Below are positions 14,390 to 26,658 of a stretch of 64,000 nucleotides of DNA, one piece after another; within the stretch, counting starts at the first letter, position 1; every line of letters begins with the position of its first letter. A program made the position numbers and the translations under genes. The notes under the pieces are model-generated. The model was not told the origin of the DNA. It searched no databases and was given only the letters and a program-made list of their open reading frames with translations. The stretch is from contig CM120649.1 of NCBI GenBank assembly GCA_051362555.1, forward strand, positions 9,920,001 to 9,984,000. Direction: 5' to 3'. The stretch comes from Lingula anatina (Eukaryota; Animalia; Brachiopoda).

Positions 14390-14595
14390 ATCACAGGATA
14401 ACCAAGACTGCCAGCATCATGGCAGGACAACCGAGACTGCCAAAACATGGCAAGACAAGTGACACTGCCAGCATCATGGCAGGACAACCGAGACTGACAA
14501 AACATGGAAAGACAAGTGAGACTGCCAGCATCATGTCAGGACAACTGAAACTTCCAGAACATGGCAGGACAACCGAGACTGCTAGTTTCATGGCT
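14390..14595. repeat. 28/29-bp TGGCAG-hairpin minisatellite, distal block
   Basis: About 7 copies of catggcaggacaaccgagactgcca. Confidence 0.9.
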
Positions 14596-15200
14596 TCACT
14601 GGCAGCTAGTGTTATCCTTTCAAAATGGGAGTGATATGGTGTGCACTATTGCACTTTGTTTGACAAACCAGTCTTGCAGCCGAGTTTTGAATAACCTTTC
14701 TTAATTTCTTAATCTAATAGTCACATGTACCAAAGAGGAGACTTGCAGTCACCTTATCTTGATGATTTAAATGCATGTACTAATTTCTCAGTGGTTCTGT
14801 TATTGAACACTTTCCTTAAATTTCCATTGCGCCATAGTGCATAAGATGCTGATTTACACACTTCAGATACGTGCTTCCCCACAGTGCCATTTTCATTGAG
14901 GGTAACTACCAGATCTTTTACAGAACTACATGGTTTTATAAGAACATCTATGCAAATGTTGACATTTGCTGCATTTTTTCCAATTTGCTTTGAACCTTGA
15001 TGTAAACCATATCAACTGAATCTTAGTATCATTTAAAGCCAACATGTTCACTTTCATCCATTCTCAAAAACTAAGCAAGACAAGCCTCCATAGGAGTGAT
15101 TGTTGAGGACTGGTTGCTCTTGCATGTAATATAGACTTGTGTGTCATCTGCAAAAATGACAGTGTTCAGACCATGTTTAAGTATGATATCTGCTACATAG
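14596..15200 (-). mobile_element. L2/CR1-clade LINE reverse-transcriptase C-terminal fragment (decayed)
   Basis: Minus-strand frames read 'ADIILKHGLNTVIFADDTQVYI', 'TTEKLVHAFKSSR', 'IQNSAARLV' and 'HHITPILK', which are typical L2/CR1 RT motifs. Confidence 0.85.
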
Positions 15201-15204
15201 CATA

Positions 15205-15428
15205 GCATCAGGGCAGGGCAGCCGAGACTACCAGCTTCATGGCAGGACCATCGAGACTGCCAGAACATGGCAGGGCCATCAAGACTGCCAGCATCATGGC
15301 AAGACAACTGAAAACTGACAGCTTCATGGCAGGACCACCGAGACTGCCAAAACATGGCAGGGCCATCAAGACCGCCAGCATCATGGCAGGACAACTGAAA
15401 ACTGCCAGAACATTGCAGGACCGTCAAG
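15205..15428. repeat. 28/29-bp TGGCAG-hairpin minisatellite, middle block
   Basis: About 8 copies of the same monomer. Confidence 0.9.
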
Positions 15429-15762
15429 TATTATAGACGACGTTAAACATAAAAAGACTGAGTCCTTTACTGACGTATAGATAACACAATTTGTAACAAT
15501 TTCGTTAGCACAATAGACACCATGGCACGTTTGTCCTCTGTGTACTTTGGACTCTTTGTACAAATCTAAAAAAAATGAAAAAATGTCGTGAGTATGCGAT
15601 AAATAATAAACTCTTAGAAAATAATAGAAACAAACTAAAGTATATGCGTTAAAGTAAAAAAAATACATTTTACAATTACTCACATTATATGCTATCTACG
15701 GTACCAAACACAGGTGACCGACCAGTATGCTTGCTACTTGTGTACTAAATTCTCTCGAGATT

Positions 15763-18530
15763 TCATGGCAAGACAACCGAGACTGCCAGAACATGGCAGG
15801 ACCACCCAGACTGCCAGAACATGGCAGGACCATCAAGACTGCCAGAACATGGCAGGACAACCCAGACTGCCAGAACATGGCAGGACCATCAAGACTGCCA
15901 GCATCATGGCAGGACAACCCAGACTGCCAGAACATGGCAGGACAACCCAGACTGCCAGAACATGGCAGGACCATCAAGACTGCCAGAACATGGCAGGACA
16001 ACCCAGACTGCCAGAACATGGCAGGACCATCAAGACTGCCAGCATCATGGCAGGACAACCCAGACTGCCAGAACATGGCAGGACAACCCAGACTGCCAAT
16101 GTCATGGCAGGACGACCGAGACTGCCAATGTCATGGCAGGACAACCGAGACTGCCAGTGTCATGGCAGGACAACCGAGACTGCCAGTGTCATGACAGGAC
16201 AACCGGGACTGCCAGTGTCATGACAGGACAACCGGGACTGCCAATGTCATGACAGGACAACCGGGACTGCCAATGTCATGGCAGGACAACCGAGACTGCC
16301 AATGTCATGGCAGGACAACCGAGACTGCCAGTGTCATGGCAGGACAACCGAGACTGCCAATGTCATGGCAGGACAACCGAGACTGCCAATGTCATGGCAG
16401 GACAACCGAGACTGCCAATGTCATGGCAGGACGACCGAGACTGCCAATGTCATGGCAGGACGACCGAGACTGCCAGTGTCATGGCAGGACAACCGAGACT
16501 GCCAGTGTCATGACAGGACAACCGGGACTGCCAGTGTCATGACAGGACAACCGGGACTGCCAGTGTCATGACAGGACAACCGGGACTGCCAATGTCATGG
16601 CAGGACAACCGAGACTGCCAATGTCATGGCAGGACAACCGAGACTGCCAGTGTCATGGCAGGACAACCGAGACTGCCAATGTCATGGCAGGACAACCGGG
16701 ACTGCCAATGTCATGGCAGGACAACCGGGACTGCCAGTGTCATGGCAGGATAACCTAAACTGCCAGTATCATGGCAGGATGACTGAGACTGCCAAAACAT
16801 TGCAGAACAATTGATACTGCCAGAACATGGAAGAGCAACCCAAACTGCCAGCTTCATGGCAGGACAACCAAGTCTGCCAACATGATGTCAAGACAACTGA
16901 GACTGCCAGAACATGGCAGGACAACCAAGACTGCCAGTTTCATAGCAGGACAGCCGAACCTGCCATCAGAATGACAGGACAGCCAAATCTGCGAGAACTG
17001 TGGCAGGACAACCAAGTCTGCCAGCTACATGGCAAGACAACTGAGACTGCCAGAACATGGCAGGACAACCGAGACTGCCAGAACATGGCAGGACAATCTA
17101 GACTGCCAGTTTCATGGCAGGACAGCCGAACCTGCCATCAGAATGACAGAACAGCCGAATCTGCCAGAACTCTGGCAGGACAACCAAGTCTGCCAGCTAC
17201 ATGGCAAGACAAATGAGACTGCCAGAACATGGCAGGACAACCAAGACTGCCTGAACATGGCAGGACAATCTAGACTGCCAGTTTCATGGCAGGACAGCCG
17301 AACCTGCCATCAGAATGACAGGACAGCCGAATCTGCCAGAACTCTGGCAGGACAACCAAGTCTGCCAGCTACATGGCAAGACAACTGAGACTGCCAGAAC
17401 ATGGCAGGACAACCGAGACTGCCAGAACATGGCAGGACAATCTAGACTGCCAGTTTCATGGCAGGACAGCCGAACCTGCCATCAGAATGACAGGACAGCC
17501 GAATCTGCCAGAACTCTGGCAGGACAACCAGGTCTGCCAGCTACATGGCAAGACAACTGAGACTGCCAGAACATGGCAGGACAACCGAGACTGCCAGAAC
17601 ATGGCAGGACAATCTAGACTGCCAGTTTCATGGCAGGACAGCCGAACCTGCCATCAGAATGACAGGACAGCCGAATCTGCCAGAACTCTGGCAGGACAAC
17701 CAGGTCTGCCAGCTACATGGCAAGACAACTGAGACTGCCAGAACATGGCAGGACAACCGAGACTGCCAGAACATGGCAGGACAATCTAGACTGCCAGTTT
17801 CATGGCAGGACAGCCGAACCTGCCATCAGAATGACAGGACAGCCGAATCTGCCAGAACTCTGGCAGGACAACCAAGTCTGCCAGCTACATGGCAAGACAA
17901 CTGAGACTGCCAGAACATGGCAGGACAACCGAGACTGCCAGAACATGGCAGGACAATCTAAACTGCCAGTTTCATGGCAGGACAGCCGAACCTGCCATCA
18001 GAATGACAGGACAGCCAAATTTGCCAAAACTCTGGCAGGACAACCAAGTCTGCCAGCTACATGGCAAGACAACTGAGACTGCCAGAACATGGCAGGACAA
18101 TCTAGACTGCCAGTTTCATGGCAGGACAGCCGGACCTGCCATCAGAATGACAGGACAGCCGAAACTGCCAGAACTCTGGCAGGACAACCAAGTCTGCCAG
18201 CTACATGGCAAGACAACTGAGACTGCCAGAACATGGCAGGACAACCGAGACTGCCACAACAAGGCAGGACAATCTAGACTGCCAGTTTCATGGCAGGACA
18301 GCCAACACTGCCATTAGAATGGCAGGATAGCCGAGTCTGCCAAAACTCTGGCAGGACAACTGAGACTGCCAGCTACATGGCAAGACAACTGAGACTGCCA
18401 GAACATGGCAGGACAACCCAGTCTGTCAGCTTCATGGTAGGACAGCCGAGTCACCCATCAGAATGGCAGGACAGCTGAATTTGCCAGAACCCTGGCTGGA
18501 CAACCAAGTCTGCCGGCAACATGGCAGTCT
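15763..18530. repeat. Main tandem array: ~95 monomers of 28/29 bp, including a 172-bp six-monomer higher-order repeat at ~16870-18300
   Basis: Monomer CATGGCAGGACAACCGAGACTGCCA+(GAA/ATGT/GTGT/GCAT). HOR starts at 17373, 17545, 17717 and 17889 (172-bp period; monomer lengths 28,28,29,29,29,29). Confidence 0.95.
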
Positions 18531-19063
18531 GGATCTGAAGCCTAGATCTTTCATGGAGCATGTATCCTATTTCCCGGAAACGCAGTAGTTGGGAGTCCCT
18601 GAAATTAAAAGAAGAAAATCACATAAAAAAAACAAAACAAAAACAATTCAATAAAGCAATATGTAGATCATTATGATCATATGTAGATCTTATTTTAGCA
18701 TTTATATATAAAATTCTATTCAACGTTAAAATGATATGAACATATTTAATGAAGCACCACATTTTCTTCAGTAGCGGACTTTACAATGCTTGCCAACAGA
18801 CCAGGTGGCTGTTTATGCCTCCGTAACAATCTCTTAACAGATTATTACCAGAAAAAAACTTTTTAGAAAAAAAAAAAGAAAAAAAACTATCTTTGAATGT
18901 TGGAATGGATTAGTTGAACACTGGTTTGTATGGGTATGGGAAAATCATTGTTTTCCCCAGGTAAATACTTTCTTTGCCAAAACAACCAGTTGTTATCCCT
19001 TTTACAGTTATTTGTAGGAAATATTGATGAAAAACTAGCTAGACTTTGCCTTGTTCATTCTAC

Positions 19064-20473
19064 TAGAGAGGTCAGGTCAACTTTGATAGTAACATAAATA
19101 TCACCCAAAATGATCTCATTTGATAGAGTAATTCATGAGCTTTCCAAAACATTTTATTTTTTGAAAAATCAAGCAAGCCAATCAAAAGTTATTAAATTTA
19201 AAAGAATACTAGTTGCCCACAAAATTTTGAAAAGTGGTATGCAAGTATATGTAATTGTGGAAGCCAAAAGTGTCACCTAATTGCCCTATCAATTAAACAA
19301 AATTGGCATAACTTTTGAATCATTTTATGGAGTGAAATATCCATTTGAAATTTTCTGGAAAGTTACAGTATGCCAAGATGAATCTGACAAGATATAATTT
19401 TCTGTAATTTATCCATTATTTCCATGGCAACCGTTGCTAAATATCAATACTGATCAACACTATTTTTTTTTCAACCTTAAGGCTTCAGCATCACTGCCCA
19501 AAGGCTATTTTTGGATGAAAATGCTTCTAAAAAATGTGCCATCACTAAAAACAAAAATACTGGCTTCTATGGAATGTATCTGTTGCTATGGAAATCGTCA
19601 TTATGATAGCTGTTGCTACGGTAACAGTTTGAATTATTTTTTGCACATTATCATTAATTTTTTAACTGAATATAAAGTGGGAAACACTCTTGTTACTCAA
19701 TTTATGAATTTAAGTTCAATAGTAAACAAGTACCATGTCACTGTTGCCATGGCAACCAATATTACAATGACAATTGCATATATATACAATTTTAAGGTTT
19801 AACTAGTAAAAAAAAAAAAAGCCAGAATGCGCAATGAAAATTAGTAATATCCGTTAATAATTTTATTAGTAATTTTGGTAAGTTATCATTTTGCCAAAAA
19901 ATTTAAACTGATATTAGACATCATAGCAGCTAGGTAATACAAAAACCAGTGAGATTTTTTGGAGAGACTGCCATAACGTAATGGCAGTTTTAGGAATTTT
20001 CCCTTTTTATTTTTGTTAAGAAAAAAATAAATAAATACTACTTTTGTTCACTTTTGTTTGACTGTCATTAACCATTCTAGAGCCTAGAGGTATTGCATAT
20101 CTCCATGATTTTAATTAAGATTCCCCTTTTTATGATCACTAACATGTTTAAAGGTGAAAAATAAAGCATTAGGCCCATAAATATTGTACGTAATTTCATA
20201 CTTTATTTGAAAAATAAAATAACCTCTTGAGCAAAATTTGTAAATAGTGGGAACCAAATGAGTAAACAGTCATTTCTGGCAGCATTTTCATGGCTGGAGG
20301 CTAACAACGGAGAAATGATACATTGTTACACATACTGTTAGAAAGCTCATTCAATGCACTTTTTAAATATATTTTCACATTCATCACAGGACCCAAATCT
20401 TGGAAGTCATGATGGACAACAAACAGTGAGGTAAGATTTTCGACTGCGTGAACGGTTTGACCTGACCTCCCTA
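19064..20473. mobile_element. Non-autonomous TIR element (1.4 kb) with TAG...CTA ends
   Basis: TAGAGAGGTCAGGTCAA ... TTGACCTGACCTCCCTA; flanks attctac / attccac form an imperfect 7-8-bp TSD. Confidence 0.7.
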
Positions 20474-21185
20474 ATTCCACTCGTGCACCCAGCCTGAGTC
20501 CGTCGTTTCCAGGCATGCAGTGACATATTACATTTTATTGCTGAATATGCATTTGTATGTTTATTTTAAATGAACAGGGCATTTTTCATACTTTGAAAAA
20601 AGTCGATGTCCTCTCCCATAAAACAAAACCCATAAAATGAATGTAGATACCTGCTCAATAGTTTTACACTGCTGAAGACGGATGTCCAGTTCAGACCTTT
20701 TGGCAGCCAAAATAAGCCCATCACTTCCTCATTGGCAAATGCATTTCCTCTCTAAAATAACAGAAAATGTATTATTCAAACTTTTAGTTGATTTTTGACT
20801 TCTAATGGCGAGTGTATTTGACATTTGTACAATGTTTCTACGGTCATAAGGACTAAACCGCGAACTGCATCATTTGGGCCAACGTCGTCAACACAAAATA
20901 CGCAACGTTATTTTATATCATGTATGGAAGGCAAATGCAACTTGATGTCATTTTTTGTGCTTAATTTTTGGTCGACATGTGGCAATTGTAGCAACGTACC
21001 CTGAATATCTGTCTCCTCCATCTTCTACTGACCTCTCTGAACACCCCTCACCTGAATTACATAATAATGCACAGATACATGTACCCTGTGGGAGCAAACG
21101 GCTTCCCGGCTCGTATGGCGGTTATTTAGGAAATTGTTAGACTTGGCCTCGTTTTCATAAAGGGGGCTATTAGCTCCATGAGAAA

Positions 21186-21213
21186 ATGGCGGGAGAGAAA
21201 GGCACAGAGACCG
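21186..21213 (+). CDS. Putative exon 1 of unit A (MAGEKGTET), paralog of 12966-12993
   Basis: aaaATGGCGGGAGAGAAAGGCACAGAGACCG|gtaag; the start context matches the AAAATGGCG (YY1-type) motif and the region is locally CpG-richer. Confidence 0.4.
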
Positions 21214-21601
21214 GTAAGATGTAGAGGTGTTTCTACAATGGCCTTTCGAGTTTTATACTAATAAACTTAACGAGACGATACAGGATATAATTATGTAACA
21301 TTTTATACACCAAAGGAATAATAAGGAATATCCGTGTATCGATTTCACTGAATATTCTCTTAATTTACTGGCGTGTAGCAAAATGGCCGCACACAAAACT
21401 TTTGAGTTGTGCCAAATGTAGCTTAATGGGTTTTTTTTCTTTATCTGTTCCTGTTTTTTCATAGTTTGGCATTCATTTTTGAACATATAAGTTTTTTTAA
21501 ATGTGCGATGGCCTGTAACTTGTAGATTTTCAACATTTCCAACAAGTTGTATATTCACCATACCGGGTAAAGGTAATTTTGTCAATCGAGTGATGGCAGT
21601 A

Positions 21602-24600
21602 CACCCTGAGCTTCAGAGCTCACTTGACACTAACCTTTTCACTGTAGCCTATCTCCATCGTGTCAAGTAACCTCTGACGAAAATAGTTTGACCTAGTTTA
21701 TATAAGCCAATCGAATCCAAGTTTCAAAATTTTTCACCAAAGTTTGGTGAAAACGCTGATTGGTTGACCGTCAATCGGCAATCCTCGGCTGATTCCGCAA
21801 GCTCCATACTAACAACAAAGTTATTGTCGAGTGCGGAGACATCCGAGTAGTTCCGAGTGTATTACCGTACACAAAGAAAGCAAGGCGAGTGACTACGAAA
21901 AAGAATGTGTTAAGTTATCTCTTGATTCTTTGCAAAATATGAGTAAATCGGAATTGAAACCATAGGGTCTAGCAGTTTGAGGCCCTGCATCATTATCTAC
22001 TGAGAGACCATGTTATTTGCGTGCTGCCCACAGGTTACGGCAAGTCCCTGATATTCAGCCTTATCTTTGATTGGTCCGGATTTGAACAAAGCGCGCTTTG
22101 ACTCGTTCGCGTTCATTGGCTAGATCGTTTAATGAGCCATTGAGTGCGGGCTTTTAAATTTGATTGGCGGGCGGCGGAGGCAATCGAATCTGGTCAGAGG
22201 TTACCTGACACGATGAAGATAGGCTACACACCCAAACCCAATATAGAGGTGCATTTCACAAGTTCAAGTCTCAAAAAATGAAATTGAATGAATTCGATGT
22301 ATTATCCAATGTTTTAAAACTTACATGTGTATAGAACAAAAATCCACAAATGTCCCAATTTTACGCCCACGCGTTTCTGTTTTGTAAGCAAATAAATTGA
22401 TAGCCGTTTGAAGTGAAAAAAGCGTAAGAAAGAACATACGTTACCACTGAATCGCCTGATACAAACACGATCATTAGTTGAGTGCTGTGGAAATTTGTGC
22501 AAGCTAAACACTATCAGAACCCTATGAGTCATTAATAATGGAAAAGTGATAGGAAAATACCTTTAAATTGACCAGATCTAGGAAAATTACTTTCAAACTA
22601 AAGATAATTTTTCTTTACAATGTCCACGTTGATGACTCTTTCAATAGCAGTAATTGTCAATTGCATAGAGAATTGAAAACTTTGTTACCTAAAAGTTATC
22701 TACCACTGGTCATATTCGTCGTGAATTTAAAACTCATTGACAGTTTCAAATTTTGGGTGTATTACTTACAATACCAACTACGCCTCGCATACTACGCATA
22801 CCGTAATGTAACGTATGTTCCACAGCCATAGAAAAGATACGGGACACGAGTTTAATAAATATTGATAAGATATTTTTTCTCTTTTTTTCGTAGAATTTAT
22901 TGAGGTGTTTAAAAGTAACTCAGACATCAAAAGTGATAACCTATTACACAAACACGAACCGGGTATCAAACGTCTTAATCATTTGCATGTAAAGAAACAC
23001 AGATCCCAGAAACATGTTACCTACCACCTCTTTAAACGAAGCCTTTTTCAACACACCTATAGGTTTTCAAATACATCAGAGAATTCGTTCAAATGAGCTT
23101 TACTATCCTCTCTGAAAGGTCTAAATTGTCTTGCAGATATCGGCCCTTTTGGGAATTTAAAAGAAAATATGTATATATATCATGTTTGTTCCATCTATAA
23201 AAAGTAAGTGGCTCACAAAATTACGTTTTTAAGTCTTTCCATTGAGTGGGTATAAGAAACAGATATCACTTCAGAGTTCAAGGGTCTCTACGGTCCTTGT
23301 CAGTCGCTATTTAAGACAAATTATAGGCTGCATGATTTCTTGTAAAAGTTTCCTTGAGATTTCTTAGATGTTCATACAGTGTTTTTACTGTGCCAACGTG
23401 ATGGATGATTTTTTTTTTTTTTTTGGTTACTGGCTCTCTTGGGCTCTACTATAGTCGTCTCGTTCAAAAATGTATACAGCTTGCTCCTGCTACTCCCATC
23501 CGTCGACTTTTCGATCAGTTCATCCCCCTTTTCGCGAGTTCTCGACCAACGATTCCGGCAAATACCAGTAGCAGCGGAAAGAAATCTGAGACAACGGTAC
23601 GTCTTCGCAATCTTCTTCTTCGCAATCTTCGCAATGTTTTTCATCGTACTTCTTGGTGTAACTCGTTAAACTTGACCCACTGTAGCTAAAAAAAACATTT
23701 TCTATAAGTCATCATATTTTTAGGATGATGAGTCTTATTGAATATTTTATGTATATATAATATTATTTTTATCCCTAAGGATAAAGGCAACAATTTGCTA
23801 CATTGTTATTATTGCTAAAATAATTAGGGTGGGGTTATAAGATAAAAGCGGCCTTGTTTGACCAAATCGATATTCTTTGTTGCCTTCTTTTTGTTATAAA
23901 TAAGACTATGAAAGTTTGTGGTACACTGGGATGGAGGAGACAAAAGTAATTGCTTCTGCACAGTGTTAGCTTGGGTGCATAGCCTGCTGTATGATGCGTT
24001 CTGTCTTAATTTTGGGGCTTGTGGGAAATTCAGGTGGTTCCGTATTTCGTCTTCTACAATGGCTAAATCGTTGCCGGATAGCATTCTCCCTCTTTCTTAT
24101 GGAATTAACCTGTGATTGTAGTTCTTTAATTGTTCATTGTGACTGCCTTCAGTTTCTTCTCAATCGTTTCCACGTTGCGGCCACCTCGCACACACAACAA
24201 GTCTCTCAGGTGGTGATTGCTGTGGACTTGCCTCGGGAACTTCTATAGCAGCTAGGAGCTCTTCTTTCCTTTGGTGAAGTCTACGTTTTCGCGATTTAGT
24301 CTTCGCATGCCTCTTTTGTCTTTCACGACATTTATAAAGAGGCGGAAGGTAGGCCTACATAGTATTTAGAACCCGTTTTCTTTCGCTTCCAAATAAGCGT
24401 CACCCTCATTTTTTACGAGATCGATATATCTTGTTTTCGCATTTTTCTGAAATAATGATGTTCCGTTCGGTATCAATGTATTTGGCACTGCGCTCACTGC
24501 GCTCTTTGGCGATTATTTTTTCCTTCCAAAGTCTTGTTTGACATTTATTTCCGTCTTTGACATTCATTTCTGTATTTGAATTAAAATTTTTATTACAACA

Positions 24601-25582
24601 AAATCATTCACTTCGCTTACATCGTTACTGTGGATTTTATGGATTTATTTACACTTGTAACTAACCTCATCTAAGCTTTAGCTCGAGCAGACGTCAGAAA
24701 GAACCACCTCACATCTCAAACAGAAGCTAATTTTTTCTTTCGGAGCCAGTTTCGGGTACAAGTAGATTTTCACTGGTAACGTATGTTCCGGTAACGTATG
24801 TTCCAGGCCACCTAATTTTTATTTTCATAACGTGCTCTTATATATTTTAAAGTGATTCGATCATGTTAAATTAAATATGACGTAAGGACGTTTTTTATAA
24901 ACATTTAAACCGTAGCTAATGGGGCCTGCGTCACAGCTAATACTAGGTAACGTATGTTCCCTAGGAAAATTGACAAAATGTTTCATTTTGTGCAAGTACT
25001 TGGTGCAAGAGAAAACAATGTTTTCTTTTGCTGACACAAAAATCTATAGTGATTCCATTGATAGTTTGACATTTCAGATATAATATTTGGAGCACGAGGG
25101 GGAAAATAATTTATTTAATGCTTATTTTACTGTCGGTAGGGTGTATTTTCCCCGTTTTTTTAATATTCAGTGACAGGCAAACTTAAGTCGCTAAAAAACA
25201 ATTAACTGCTCTATACAAAAGCTTTTCGTAATTTTTTACAACGTTATACTTGTAGGAGATAAATTAAAGAACAAAACCCGTGATGATTGAATTTTCAAAG
25301 TGATTATAACGTTTCCACAGCTAGACGTTATGCATTTGTGACAGTAACGTATGTTCCTTTTTGGGGTAAGATGATGAATTATTTTTTATTATTCGAGGTT
25401 CCAGGAAAGTGAAACTTTAATACAAACTTCTTTACGTGGGACCCTAAAATAATCAAACATAGTTTGTAATCTGTGCATTACATATTTTTAGGAACATGCC
25501 TGTGACATCGTTTGCACCTCTATATTGGGTTTGGGTGTACAGTGAATAGGTTAGTGTCAAGTTAGCTCTGAAGCTCAGGGTG
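21602..25582 (-). mobile_element. 4-kb DNA transposon with ~70-bp TIRs, 8-bp TSD and decayed transposase-like remnants (~22950-24450, minus); superfamily unresolved
   Basis: TSD TGGCAGTA at 21594-21601 and 25583-25590. TIR caccctgagcttcagagct(c/a)acttgacactaacc...cacccaaacccaatatagaggtgca; the left copy is split by the 21645-22226 insert and the right copy is 25513-25582. Confidence 0.85.
21645..22226 (+). mobile_element. Academ(H)-like MITE carrying a RecQ-type helicase motif I fragment
   Basis: TIR tagcctatctccatcgtgtcaagtaacctctgac / gtcagaggttacctgacacgatgaagataggcta. 21973-22056 translates to QFEALHHYLLRDHVICVLPTGYGKSLIF. Confidence 0.8.
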
Positions 25583-25625
25583 TGGCAGTAGCGTTCTGGT
25601 CTCATGTGAGGAATGAATGCGTCAC

Positions 25626-26658
25626 GGGGTCATGGCGATACTCCCCTCCACCAATACTCCCCCGCACCGATACTTCCCCTTATTAAATTTTTACATTATG
25701 CACATCGATACGACCCCACACCGACAGATCCCCGCATCGATAAATCCCCTCTAAAATTGGCGTTATACGCGCACCGTTACTCCCCCGCACCACAGGAGTT
25801 TGCGAGGAGTTTGCAAGTGAGACTTGCGTGGTCCAAGATGCACGTCGCAAGCAATGAAGGAGAAAGTGCCCTTTGCGTGTTGAGTACGGCGCACGCCCTC
25901 ACATCTATAACGAAGTAAGTCGAAAACACGGCGGGACTGCGAGTATAAAAGGCGTGCTCACGACGCATGCTCGTGTCTCTACAATTTCGTTGTGCAACAA
26001 TTTTCAAAAATTTTGAATTTTGCTCAATTCAGATTCTAATATACCTCCAAAAGACAAGGGAAAGAAGCTTAAAGAACAGAAAAGAAGGTTGGAGGAAGAA
26101 GACAGAAAACGAAGCGCTTTAGCACTGCTTTTTTATTACTTAATAATTTAACGAATTCATCGTTGCCTGAAGAAAAGACATAGCTGCGTTATCTTAGATT
26201 AAAACTAACTTTGCCTTAAGTAAATAAATAAATAAATAAATGAAAGGGCGTATAATATATATACGGTAACTACAGTAGGAGGACGATATTAATTTTGCAA
26301 AAACATTTCTCAAAAATCACAAGGAAGAGCTGTAGGCCTACGTACTGTCAAGCTGCACACAAAGTCTGAGATCGACTTCGTATAACGTTCTTTATTTTCC
26401 CCAATATATTTCGAATAAAATGTGTCAATTTTGGGTCCCAAGAGGGTGGCGCATCTTGAAAAAAAAGCATTATAGAAAGGATGTTTACAAAGCCAAGGGA
26501 ATCTATGCCTTGGGGGAGTAGTGCTTTTGCGGAGTATCGGTACGCGGGAGTATGAGTGCGGGGGAGTATCGATGCGGGGATGTAAAGAAGCGGGGGAGTA
26601 TCGGTGCGGGGGTGTAAAGAAGCGGGGGAGTATCGGTGCGGGGATGTATAGGCATGTA
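25626..26658. mobile_element. MITE with inverted arrays of subterminal repeats (possibly Mutator-like)
   Basis: Left: several copies of ccgatactcccccgca (25636-25790). Right: several copies of tgcgggggagtatcgg (26512-26650). Confidence 0.7.

Noticed and set aside
15696-18478. Many 60-170-aa ORFs (MAGQPRLP.../WQDNRDCQ...) as a repetitive protein gene
   Set aside because: Monomer lengths of 28, 29 and 172 bp are not multiples of three, so the same peptides cycle through all frames and stop; this is an artefact of the repeat.
15763-18530. CRISPR array (palindromic ~29-bp repeats)
   Set aside because: Repeats are head-to-tail with no unique spacers, there are no cas genes, and the context is eukaryotic.
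21973-22056. Host RecQ helicase gene exon
   Set aside because: It is enclosed by TIRs, preceded by stops, and no other helicase motifs follow.
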